In this document: in pieces, positions 52,140 to 64,000 of the stretch
Numbering within the stretch: the stretch's first letter is position 1
How the letters are laid out: every line of letters begins with the position of its first letter
Assembly (NCBI RefSeq): GCF_006345805.1
Contig: NC_043021.1
Location: 7,750,001 to 7,814,000, forward strand
From: Octopus sinensis
Lineage: Eukaryota
Direction: 5' to 3'
Length of the DNA: 64,000 bases
Notes under the pieces: generated by a model
What the model saw: only the letters and a program-made list of their open reading frames with translations
Told to the model about the DNA's origin: nothing
The model's database searches: none
Made by a program: the position numbers and the translations under genes

Positions 52140-52241
52140 ATTTGATTACAAGATGATGATGTGATCTTAAGATGACAGTAAAAGGTATTTGCTATTATGT
52201 ACATTTAAAAGTACTTTTGGCAATGTTTACAGATTAAAATG

Positions 52242-52276
<35 letters not shown>

Positions 52277-52642
52277 GATGTCATAGAGTATACAATATCG
52301 TGAGGTTGTTGTTTGGAGATATTGCGTCTACCAGGGGTTTGTACTGTTTGTGAAGTCACAACAAAGACCTCAGACAGACAGTACTTTATGAAATATGCAT
52401 GCAGTTCCAAGTAATACTGACTTTTGTAATACACCTAGATTGTAGGGTATGTCTAAAGTTTTCAGATTTGGTGGTATTATTATTATTATTATTAATATTT
52501 TCATCTCCATGACCACCATTTAACATAAATATTATGTATTTGATGGGAATAATCAGGTCCTGTCCATTAATTTAACTAAGAAGGAAAGTAAATCACTCTC
52601 TGGAGAATTATTTTACATGTCTACGTCTCACAGAACACTTCT

Positions 52643-52656
52643 GTTGCTATGGTAAC
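52643..52656. promoter_or_regulatory. RFX X-box-like motif GTTGCTATGGTAAC
   Basis: Matches the GTNRCY-AT-RGYAAC consensus; function not shown. Confidence 0.3.
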
Positions 52657-53074
52657 AATAATAATCCACTCATCCACAGAGAAAAAAAAACAAAACAATT
52701 TGATGGTTAATGCTTTGTGTAATTTAGCAATACAGATTTTCCAAGGTTTGTGTCCTTCGGTAACTGTTTCACATATGTTTGACAAGGTCTGCCTGTCTTC
52801 TTTCACTATATACAAGTCAAGTTCTCAGAGTAATAATTCATCTTTTCTTTGCCATCATCATCATCACCACCACCACTAGTAACTTCTGTGTCGGAGTTAG
52901 GTAGGTATAGAAAAGAAAAACAGCATAGAAAAGGAAGGTCTGGAAACTAGAAGATCCAGCTATTGGGAAGAGGCTTAGAGAAATTCTCACTGACACATAT
53001 GGATGTTGGGAAATAGATTTATAAACCTACAGCATAGACAACAACAGGAGCAAAGTCCCAGCCAAGCCAAAAGA

Positions 53075-53625
53075 ACATGATGATGGTCTCTGATATAAAC
53101 AAGATAGCCCCTGTGCAGCATATAAGCTATTGGGAAAGACTCAAGAGATTAAGACTCTATTCCTTAGAGCGTAGACGAGAAAGATATGCCATAATATACA
53201 TCTGGAAGGACTTGTCCCAAACTTTGGCATCGAGAGTTACACAAATACCAGAACTGGGCGCCACTGCATAGTGCCAAGGACTCCAAATTTGCTATCAAGA
53301 TGTAGGACAAGATACTGTGATAGCCTGGGCTTCAGAGGTCCACAGCTCTTCAATATCCTCCCGAAGGACCTGAGAGACCTACATGGGGTGGATGCAGATG
53401 TCTTTAAAATAAAACTGGATCTCTTCCTGTCAGGTGTCCCAGATGAACCAACTTCACGGCAGGAGGTGCAGATGAGGGCAGCTGCATCGAACTCTCTCAT
53501 GCACCAAATGGCAATTGCTAAAAAGCATTCGTGAAGTAAAATCATGTAGCAACACTAAATGGCGGTGCCCCAGCATGGCCATAGCTCGTGAGCTGAAACT
53601 AGATAAAATATAAAAAAATAAATAA
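53075..53625 (+). mobile_element. L2/CR1-group LINE 3' fragment with its 3' tail
   Basis: YWERLKRLRLYSLERRRERYAIIYIWK and GPQLFNILPKDLR...FKIKLDLFLSGVPDEP motifs; tail ggcggtgccccagcatggcc...ctgaaactagataaaa. Confidence 0.85.
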
Positions 53626-54581
53626 ATATGGAGTGATAAGGGCAGTCAAGGCTAAAAGACAGGCTTGGAAAGACTTGAATGATGGTTGTAGCGGGGACAA
53701 TGCATAACAACTAGAAGAGTATCTACATGTCAGGTGTATTTGGCTAAAAGTGAGGCAGGAAGTGTTCAGGGTAATCAACTCATCTCCTCCCTGAAAATTG
53801 CTGCCCTTGTGGAAAAAAATTTGAAACCATTATTAAAGAAGCAAGCTGGCGGAACCATGAGCACGCTAGACAAAATGGTTAGTGGCATTTCTTTTGGTTT
53901 GTATTATCTGAATTCAGATTGCGCCAAGGTCAACTTCGCCTTTTACCTGCACAACGAATATCTACACAGGTGGTTCCTCCAACAAAATTTCACTCACAGA
54001 ATGGATGGAAGCACTCCGTCGGTTACGACGATGAGGGTTCCGGTTGATCCGAATCAACGGAACAGCCTGCTTGTGAAAGTAACGTGTAAGTGGCTGAGCA
54101 CTCCACAGACACGTGTACTCTTAACGTAGTTCTCGGGGATATTCAGCGTGACACAGAGAGTGACAAGGCCAGCCCTTTGAAATACAGGTACAACAGAAAC
54201 AGGAAGTAAGAGTGAGAGAAAGTTGTGGTGAAAGAGTACAGCAGGGATCACCACCATCCCCTGCCAGAGCCTCGTGGAGCTTTTAGGTGTTTTCGCTCAA
54301 TAAACTCACAACGCCCGGTCTGGGAATCGAAACCACGAGTCCGCTGCCCTAACCACTGGGCCATTGCACCTCCACTACTCACAGAATATTGATCAATCGA
54401 TGAATAACTCAGTGAGGCATAGTCAGATTAGACCCAGAATTCCATGGCTGCAAAGCAAACTTTTCAACCACGAAGATACAGTGTTGCTTGCATGCATTGC
54501 ATTATGTTTTGTACACTCATCCTTTCTTTTGCAAACCACTTAGTTCTAAAGTAGGAGTGGTTAACCTATTGTAATGCATAC

Positions 54582-54659
54582 AAACTGATGCAAGATGGGG
54601 TTATGCACCTTGCTTAGAGGTAAATGGTTAACATATAAAATTTTATCAGTATCAAATAA
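54582..54659 (-). CDS. Candidate 78-nt exon (LFDTDKILYVNHLPLSKVHNPILHQF, phase 0-0) of an unidentified gene entering from the right
   Basis: Very strong acceptor ttgattttttttttcag|T, donor TTT|GTATGC; in phase with 56566-56634. Confidence 0.5.
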
Positions 54660-54858
54660 CTGAAAAAAAAAAATCAATTAAAGTATAGATATAGTAGGCG
54701 CAGGAGTGGCTGTGTGGTAAGTAGCTTGTTTACCAACCACATGGTTCCGGGTTCAGTCCCACTGCGTGGCACCTTGGGCAAGTGTCTTCTACTATAGCCT
54801 CGGGCCGACCAAAGCCTTGTGAGTGGATTTGGTAGACGGAAACTGAAAGAAGCCTGTC

Positions 54859-54922
<64 letters not shown>

Positions 54923-56565
54923 GTGTATGTGTTTGTGTGTCTGTGTTTGTCCCTCTAGCATTGCTTGACAACCGATGCTGGTTTGTTTATGTCCCCGTTA
55001 CTTAGCGGTTCGGCAAAAGAGACTGATAGAATAAGTACTGGGCTTACAAAAGAATAAGTCCCTGGGTCGAGTTGCTCGATTAAAGGCGGTGCTCCAGCAT
55101 GGCCGCAGTCAAATGACTGAAACAAGTAAAAGAGTAAAAAGAGAGAGAGAGTATATACTTTACTATCAACATAAAAAGATCAAATGGAAATTGTAGTTGT
55201 GATACCTGTGCTGGTGGCACGTAAAAAGCCCCATCCGTACGTGGCAAATGCCAGCGCCGCCTTGACTGGCTTCCGTGCTGGTGGTACGTAAAAAGCACCC
55301 ACTACACTCACGGAATGGTTGGCATTAGGAAGGGCATCCAGCTGTAGAAACTCTGTCAGATCAGATTGGAGCCTGGTACAGCCTCCTGGCTTCCCAGACC
55401 CCAGTTGAACCATCCAACCCATGCTAGTATGGAAAGCGAACATTAAACGATGATGATGATGATATAGGTCCAGGTGTGGCTGTGTGGTAAGCAGTTTGCT
55501 TCCCTCAATTTATGTTAATGTAAGAGGTTCATTACCTCATTTGTGTGGGTTTTTTTTTTGTTTTTAAAAAAAAAGAAAAAAGAAAAAAAGAACAGTGTTC
55601 TCGAGGGGCTTCAATCAGTGGGTGTCGTTTTGCTTCTCTCTTTAATATCATCATTTCGTTCATCATTTCATCTCATTTGTGTTACTGTCCAGCCTGCACT
55701 TGCTTCTATCTTTGTAATGCCTTCATGGCAAATCTGATGAAATAAAGAAGTTTGCTTCCCAACCACATGGTTCCAGGTTCAGTCCCACTGCATGACACCT
55801 TGACTAAGTGTCTTCTTCTGTAACCTCGGGCCAACCAAAACCTTGTGAATGGATTTGGTGGACAGAAACTGAAAGAAGGTGGCGAGCTGGCAGAATCGTT
55901 AGCACGCCGGATGAAATGCTGAGCGGTATTTCGTCTGCCACTACGGTCTGAGTTCAAATTCCGCCAAGGTCGACTTTGCCTTTCATCCTTTCGGGGTCGA
56001 TAAATTAAGTACCAGTTATACACTGGGGTCGATCTAATCGACGTAATCCCTTTGTCTGTCCTTGTTTGTCCCCTCTATGTTTAGCCCCTTGTGGGCAATA
56101 AAGAAATAGGAAACTGAAAGAATCTTGTTATATGTATGCATGTATGTATATATATATATTTGTTTGTGTGTAAGTTTTCTTGTATGTATGTCTCTCTTTC
56201 TTTGTGTCTGTGTTTGCCCCCACCCCACCTCACGCCATCCCATCCACTTCTTGGAAACCGGAGTTGGTGTGTTTACATCCCCATCACTTAGCAGCTTAAC
56301 AAAAGAGAGCAACAGAACAACTACCAGGCATTAAAATCCCCACCAAAAAATAAATAAGTGCTGAAGTCGGTTTGTTCGACCAGAAGTTCTTCAAGATGGT
56401 GCCCCAGTATGGCCACAGTCTAATGGCTGAAACTAGAAAAAGATAAAAAGATGTATCTTTTGAACAGTAAAAGCATTGAGGATGTTTTCATTTTATGAGA
56501 TGGTTTTTCTTTTGACCTTTCAAAAATCAATTTATATATCAATAACCCCAAATTAGTAGCCATAC

Positions 56566-56634
56566 AGCAGTTTTCTTATTGGTTCTTGCGTTATCCCAAG
56601 TTGGCCTCAAGCTGCCAAATAATTCTTTTGAGTT
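56566..56634 (-). CDS. Candidate 69-nt exon (NSKELFGSLRPTWDNARTNKKTA, phase 0-0)
   Basis: Acceptor gatcatttatag|A, donor GCT|GTATGG; open frame. Confidence 0.45.
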
Positions 56635-58281
56635 CTATAAATGATCACTAACTAGGTCCAATTGAAACTAAATAGTAGAAATCTATAGAATACGAACAAA
56701 TATTAATATTAAATTTCTCATTAATATTTAATTTTCTTTTAAGGTCAGTGAGTTGGCAGATATCGTAGAGTGGTGGACTAAATAAAATACCTTGTGGTAT
56801 TTACTTTCAGTCTTGGTGTACTGAGTTCAAATCCTGACACAATGAACTTTGCCTTACATTTTTATAGAATTAATAAAATATCAGTATTATGCTAGTATTA
56901 CATTCATGTAATTATATACATCTCCTGCAAAAAAAAAAGAAAAAAAAGAAAAGAAAAAGTTTTGTACTTTTACTGATATCAAAATATCAATTTGTTAATG
57001 AAACGATATCATATCGTAATGTGTGGGAGTGGTGGTAGGATCTGATCTTTATCTGGTTTTTAGGTTTGTGTGTGTATACATACATGCTTGTATTCATACT
57101 GGCACTCCTTAAGTTACAACAAGGAGGGGTTCCACTTGTTGATTCAATCAATGGAATAGCCTACTCATGAAATTAAAGTGCATGTGGCTGAGCATTTCAC
57201 AGACATGCATACCTATTTCTTTACTACCCACAAGGGGCTAAACACAGAGGGGACAAACAAAGACAGACAAATGGATTAAGTCGATTACATTGACCCCAGT
57301 GCGTAACTGGTACTTATTTAATCGACCTCGAAAGGTTGAAAGGCAAAGTCGACCTAGGCAGAATTTGAACTCAGAACGTAAAAGTCAGACAAAATACCTA
57401 TTTCTTTACTACCCGCAAGGGGCTAAACATAGAGAGAACAAACAAGGACAGACAAAGGGATTAAGTCGATTACATCGACCCCAGTGCGTAACTGGTACTT
57501 AATTTATCGACCCCGAAAGGATGAAAGGCAAAGTCGACCTCAGCGGAATTTGAACTCAGAACGTAACGCAGACGAAATACCACTAAGCATTTCGCCCGGC
57601 GTGCTAACGATTCTGGCAGCTTGCCACCTTGCTACTCATTTTTGCTAGCTGAGTGGACAGGAGCAACGTGAAATAACGTGTCTTGCTCCAAGACACAATG
57701 CACCACCAGGAATCGAACCAGCAACCTTATGATTGTGAGCCAAATATCCCCAACCAACAAGTCACGTGCCACGCAGAATATAAAATAAAACCCAAACGCA
57801 GTGATGTAGAAAGCCATGACAATGCAATTAATTGTAGATTAAATATTCACCCCAGACACATGTTAGGCATCCATAATCTTGAATTATTAGACATCTCCGT
57901 CTGTTTGGCAGAATTTTAGTTTGCTGGTTGACTGCTAATTCCCATTAGTAATCTTATTCTGTGTTTGGTATCCTTTGTTTATATCTTTTCTGTATTAGGT
58001 TTGGTTTGTCCCTAAGTATTTTCGCTATTGCTTATACTTTACCTATTACTAAGGTGGTGAAATAAAGTATCTTGTTCAGGGACACCACATGGGAATTGAA
58101 CTTATGATCTTACGACTGTGAGCTGAATACCTTAACCACTAAACCATCTGCCTTTACGAACCCAAGGGCTATGATAGAAAGCAAATACTGTCCCACATAA
58201 TGTGTAGTGGGATTGAAGCTGAAAAGACATTGTTTTGAAGCAGACTTGAGCACCACTACACAGTATAATAATTGTAGCAAG

Positions 58282-58544
58282 TACAGGGTGAGGCAGAAAG
58301 GATGCTCTGATTTCAAAGGTTAATAAAAGACAAACACATGAAGATGCATGAAAAAACTTTGTATTTCAATGAAGTTCATTAAATGCCATTTTATCCCCCT
58401 GTTTCAGGTAATACTCACCATGGCCTGGAGTGGAGAGCATTGTGCATTTGTTGTTGAAGAGTTGTTGTTTTTTTTCTTGTATCTTCATGTGTTTGTTTTT
58501 TATTAACCTTTGAAAGCAGGGCAATCTTTTTGCTGCAGCCTGTA
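58282..58544. mobile_element. Tc1/mariner-type MITE
   Basis: Imperfect ~47-bp TIRs, TACAGGGTGAGGCAGAAAGG...TTTCAAAGGTTAATAAAA and its reverse complement; TA ends. Confidence 0.75.
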
Positions 58545-58920
58545 TAATGGATTTTGCAATAAATCACTGTATTTTCCAGTATGCGAGTCAAATTTTTCAG
58601 ACTAAAATTTACAGCCAAAATGGATAGGTTGACTTATACACTTAGATGACTTTGGAGGACCAAAGATTCCATGTGAAATGTCGCCAGATTTGGAAACTAG
58701 AACCTGTACTGGTGGCATATAAAAGTATTTTTGAGTGTTGAGCCTCACGGAGGCAATAACAAATGACTGAGACTTTCGGCCACATGCTGTGCTTGAGTAG
58801 AAGACCCAGCAAGCAAAGTGAAATTGTAGATGTGGTAGATACTGGTGTCATGCAACTGGTACCCATGCCGGTGGCACATAAAAGCACCCATGCCGGTGGC
58901 ACATAAAAGTACCCATTTAA

Positions 58921-59141
58921 CCCTTTAGCATTTAAACTGGCCATATCCGGCCAGAAGTATTCTACCTGTTCTATGGTAAAATTGGCCAGATCTGGTCTCT
59001 CACACCAACCCTACAATATCGTTTTAAAAATTAACAGCTACCTCATCAAAATCTCAGAGCTACAAGATAATGCATGATTAGTTCAAAACAATGTGGATAA
59101 AAAAGGATTAATTTTAGCAGAATAATGCAAACACTAAAGGG
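58921..59141. mobile_element. piggyBac-type MITE, uninterrupted copy
   Basis: TTAA|CCCTTTAG...CTAAAGGG|TTAA; same family as 10044-10582 and 46228-46758. Confidence 0.8.
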
Positions 59142-61167
59142 TTAAACTCTTGGAGTGGTTGGTGTTAGGAAGGGCATCCATCCATAGAAACCATGCTAAA
59201 TCAGACTGGAGTCTGGCGCAGCCACCTCAGCTTGCCAACCCTGGTCAAACTGTCCAACCCATGCCAGCATGGACAATGGATGTTAAATGTTGATGATGAT
59301 GTTTGAATGTTTACATTGGCTCAATCGATTAAACTGTTGGCATACAAACATCCTCCTGCTTTGCTGAAACTACCAAAATCAGTCAAATGGACACATTTGT
59401 GTAACATTACAACAAAGAAAATGTAAATTCAACACATAAGAACTGATTCCAGTGTTTATTGTTTATTTTTGTTTTTTTTTTTGTTTTTACTAAAAATATA
59501 TATTCATATAAATATTAACATGAAATATTGTCTGTTGAAATAGAGGAGGAGACAAAGGAAGATAAGATAAATGAAATGAAAGAAAAACAGAGATAAACAA
59601 ATGCAATGTAGTTTATGAAATATGAGAAATTCATTTCGGTGTTGAGATACGGAATAGTGAAATGGAGGTGATAAAAAGACAAGAAAATGAGAAATGTCCA
59701 TTAAAAAAATAAACGGTTTTAACTAAAAAAACAGAAATACAAACACAAAATACTAATTCAGCAACTGTCTGATAAATCCATTGTTTCATTTTTATCACAA
59801 TCTGAAATATATAGAAATTTAGTGATATTAAATTTTTACATAAAGAAAGCAAAAAAGATTAAAAAACTCAACAAGTAACTAATTATTAATAGACATGGCT
59901 GTGTGGATAAGAAGCATGGTTTCAAGTACCTTGGGCAAATATCTTCTACTGGGCTGACGAATGCTATATGAGTGAATTTGGTAGACAGAAACTATGAGTG
60001 TGGATATATATATACACTATGAGTGTGTATATATATCATCATCATCATCATTTAACATCTGTTATCTATGCTGGCATGGAGTGGACAGTTTGACCAGGAC
60101 TGGCAAGCTGGAAGGCTACACCAGACCCCATGGTTTCTATGGCTGGATGCCCTGCCTAACACGAACCACTCTGAGAAACGATCCTTGGTGAACCCCTACT
60201 TGTACCCTGAATTCTTCGTTGAACTCATTGCCAACACATAAATATATACATATATACACACACATATATATATGTATATATATACATATATACATACAAC
60301 AGGCTTCTTTCAGTTTATTCCTACCAAATCCACTCACAATTCTTTCATTGGCCCGAAGCTATAGTAAAAGACACTTGCCCAAGATGCCACGCAGTGGGGC
60401 TGAACACAGTACCATGTGATTGGGAAGCAAATTTCTTACCACACAGCCACATCTGTGCCTAGACAGACAGATAGGTAGGTAGATAGATGTGTGTGTGTGT
60501 GTCTTTGGTGTTTGTCCAACCAAATCATTTGATAGCTGCTGTTGGTTTGTTTACATCCCTGTAACTTAGTAGTTCAGCAAAAGTAACTAATACAATTAGT
60601 ACCAGAGTTAAATATAAGTACTGGGGGTCGATTTAATCAACTAAACCTGTCGTCCAGACACTGTCCCCAGCATGGCTACAGATCAATGAGTGAAACAAGT
60701 AAAAAATGAAAAATGTCTTCATCCATCATCATCATCATCGTTTAACATCCGCTTTCCATGCTGGCATGGGTTGGATGATTTTGACTGAGGGCTGGCGAAC
60801 CAGACGGCCGCACCAGGCTCCAATCTAGATTTTAAAAATAATTTCAGCTTGAACTACATTGTATTACTTGCTGAAGATAGTAGATCAGGAGATTTACCAC
60901 AGAGCAAATCCACGGCAACTACTTCATAAATTACAGCTTTATTAAAATGAAAATGTGCTGTAGTTTCCACCCATCAATTTCCCTCTATAGGCACTGGTTG
61001 GCATAGGGCTATGGTAGAAGACACTTGTCCAAGGTGCTGTGCAGTGGGACTGAACCTTAAACCATGTGATTGCAAAGCAAGTTTCTTAACCACACAGTCA
61101 TGCCTGCATCTAGCGATATGTTACAATTTCAAGAATGAATTAATGAAGAGAATTGAATTAGTCTTAC

Positions 61168-61234
61168 CTTCGCAATCACAATTACCCCAGGAACCAGAAA
61201 AACGTTTACTGAAGCTGTATATTTTCAGCCTTGT
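61168..61234 (-). CDS. Candidate 67-nt exon (TRLKIYSFSKRFSGSWGNCDCE, phase 0-1)
   Basis: Near-ideal acceptor ttttttcctattcttttcag|A and donor AAG|GTAAGA; exactly one open frame. Confidence 0.55.
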
Positions 61235-61694
61235 CTGAAAAGAATAGGAAAAAATATAATATATATGGTAGGACAAAAAAAGAAAAAAGAAATGCTACTA
61301 TATTGGACATTTGTAACAGTTAATGTTCAGTTTAATCATATTAATGGTATGTCAACAAATCAAGCAATGCATATAAGGAACATTTATCGATCTAAAAGAA
61401 TGGAAAGGATTGGAGAATTAATCATGGATGCGAAGAATGCAATCAATATTAAACCACAGACCCGCCAAAACCATTTGCATAGTGCTAACAAAATGATATA
61501 GCATAATGAAAGAAATTAACAGCAATAACAGAAAAAAAAAACCTGTACAATGGATATAATATCTACTGAATGATTAAATTGGTTTTATATTTGCTCAGAT
61601 ATTATTGACTTCAAAAATAAACTCAGGAGTGGAGAAAAGCGAAGTTTTCTCAGTGGTGAATTGAGACTTGAACTGCAAAACAATCTTGTTGTTT

Positions 61695-61991
61695 GTTCCT
61701 TCTCGAGCCATGCCTAGCGCATAAGGGCCGGTTTCCTGGTTTCTTGGCATATAGGTTCCCCACCTGGACAACACCCCGGTCCCTCACAGGTGAGCTGCAA
61801 GATGGAGGAGGAAAGAGTGAGAGAAAGTTGTGGCGAAAGAGTCAGCAGAAGTTCGCCATTACCTTCTGCCAGAGCCGCGTGGAGCTTAGGTGTTTCACTC
61901 ATAAACACACACATCGTCCGGTCTGAGATTCAAACCCGCGATCCCTCGACTGCAAGTCCGCTGCTCTAACCACTAGGCCATGTGCCTCCAC
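61695..61991 (-). mobile_element. tRNA-headed SINE, family C variant (as 10137-10437 and 46260-46559)
   Basis: Head gtggaggcacatggcctagtggttagagcagcggact; (aac)n tail. Confidence 0.85.
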
Positions 61992-63265
61992 GCAACTGCA
62001 AAACAATGGACTTGCAGAAACTTTAACTGTTACTGCTGCTAATGAATATAGAAATACAATATATACTCAAGTAATAGTGGATCGCATGTAAAAGTTGACA
62101 CCCAATTTTAGGCCAAAAAGTGGGAATTTTCCATAGACCCCTGTATAAAAGTCAACCCTAGTATCTCATGAACACCAGGACAACACTTGTGGGTCAAGTA
62201 TCATGCTGTATGTAGAAATAACACTCTTACAAAATTGTGTGGCTACCTTACTGTAGCCAGCTCTATAGGTGGAATGCTTGGTGCTTATAATGGAATGTTA
62301 GGTGCTGTAGTAAAACACCATTTAATAGCAAGCACTACACATCTGTTGATGGGTGCTACATCACCATTACTAAAATGTATGCACAGGATATGCTGCAAGC
62401 CTACATATACCTAAACACATGCGTCATACACTCATTGTTTACATGGTGAGAAACATGTTTCACAGACAGTACTATTGGTGAACACTAGCAAACACCACTG
62501 TCTGAATTCCTACAAAGCTATGACTTTGGTAAGCCTAAAAACATAATATCTAATTAAACGCTAGATCAGTGGTTCCTATGCAACCTTTATATTTTCCTCA
62601 TCTCCAAGTACAATAAACACATACGTCATATATTCGTCTTTTTACATGGTGAGAAATGTGTTTCACTGACTGTACTATTGGTGAACAACAGCGAACACCA
62701 CTGCACATGACATCCTGTAACTTCTTTTTAAAAGAGAAAGTGTAAATATTTATAAGAGCTATGAGGTCTTGTTTATGGGTTTTGTTATTTACTACTCTCT
62801 TTTTACTCTTTTACTTGTTTCAGTTATTTGACTGCGGCCATGCTGGAGCACCGCCTTTAGTTGAGCAAATCGACCCCGGGACTTATTCTTTGTAAGCCCA
62901 GTACTTATTCTATCGGTCTCTTTTGCCGAACCGCTAAGTGACGGGGACGTAAACACACCAGCATCGGCTGTCAAGCAATGCTAGGGGGACAAACACAGAC
63001 ACACAAACACACACATATATATATATATATATACATATATACGACAGGCTTCTTTCAGTTTCCGTCTACCAAATCCACTCACAAGGCTTTGGTCGGGCCG
63101 GGGCCATAGCAGAAGACACTTGCCCAAGATGCCACGCAGTGGGACTGAACCCGGAACCATGTGGTTGGTTAGCAAGTTACTTACCACACAGCCACTCCTA
63201 CGTGTGTTTTGATGCATAGAATTGGTAATATTACTGTAGTTCATTGTGTTTTTGTTTTTATTCAC

Positions 63266-63329
63266 TTAGAGATCAGTTGGGCTTCTGCTGCTGATACAGT
63301 ACTTAGGATTCTAGCTTGAATTTCAGCCC
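63266..63329 (-). CDS. Candidate 64-nt exon (AEIQARILSTVSAAEAQLIS, phase 1-2)
   Basis: Acceptor ctacttttgag|G, donor AA|GTGAAT; one open frame. Confidence 0.3.
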
Positions 63330-63904
63330 CTCAAAAGTAGTATCCATGTGATAGTCAACCCCATAAATTTAACCTTAAATAGTCTAAAGAATTCGACTTT
63401 TACATGAGTATAATTATTTATTTATGCGCCCTTTTCAAGTCTATCCAGGCTCATGGGCCCAGTTTCCCAGTTTCTGTGGCATATATGCCTCTCCCAACCC
63501 CAGCTGGATGGGACGGCAGTCCATCGCAGCGTTACCCAAGAAACAAGAAGGAAAAGTGAGAGAAAGTTGGGTTGAAAGAGTACAACAGGGGTCACCACCA
63601 CCCCCTGCTGGAGCCTCGTGGAGCTTTAGGTGTTTTCACTCAATAAACACACAACGCTCGGTCTGGGATTCGAAACCGCACTCCTCCGATCGCGAGTCCG
63701 CTACCCTAACCATTGGGCCATTGCGCCTCCACTATGAGTATATATGGTAACTGAAAATAAATGAAAATGATTTCTTACTTTGATACATTATTACATCTTT
63801 ATAGAGCAATGAAATGAGGTTGTGAGAGATTTATTCCTTGCTGAAGAGTTTTAATGGTATAAGTAAATTGTATTATCTTCAAATGAGAATCTAATTGGAC
63901 TCAC

Positions 63905-63967
63905 AAAATTCAAACTTTCCAATAGAAATAAATTGAAGCTGTTTTCCATCACTTATGCTGCTAATGC
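63905..63967 (-). CDS. Candidate 63-nt exon (ISSISDGKQLQFISIGKFEF, phase 1-1)
   Basis: Acceptor attgtccttcctaaag|G, donor TTT|GTGAGT; in phase with 63266-63329. Confidence 0.35.
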
Positions 63968-64000
63968 CTTTAGGAAGGACAATAATTACATCAATTTAGT

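Overview
Eukaryotic, AT-rich and extremely repeat-dense DNA. It is very likely from an octopus (coleoid cephalopod): the dominant tRNA-headed SINEs, RTE 3'-UTR copies with (GAT)n tails and microsatellite load match my recollection of Octopus repeats, which I could not check by search. Most of the window is SINEs of at least four families, 5'-truncated LINEs (RTE, CR1/L2-like, one R4/Dong-like RLE element), Tc1/mariner relics and MITEs, piggyBac-type MITEs, a Mutator-like palindromic MITE, solo-LTR-like inserts, a Helitron-like fragment and long microsatellites. Almost all long ORFs in the supplied track come from microsatellites or SINEs. The one well-supported host CDS is a 62-aa single-pass membrane micropeptide on the minus strand (45350-45538) in a spliced exon. 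Several short minus-strand candidate exons with good splice sites and compatible phases suggest more host genes (about 54-64 kb, 41-44 kb, 24-26 kb, 11-17 kb), but I cannot name their products and some may be pseudo-exons. CpG-rich promoter-like regions lie at about 0.4-1.3, 28.4-31.4, 39.4-40.2 and 48.2-49.2 kb. No rRNA, true tRNA or CRISPR array. The most interesting leads are a possibly bicistronic micropeptide locus, a young CpG-rich foldback MITE, and several nested insertions that give the order of transposon activity.
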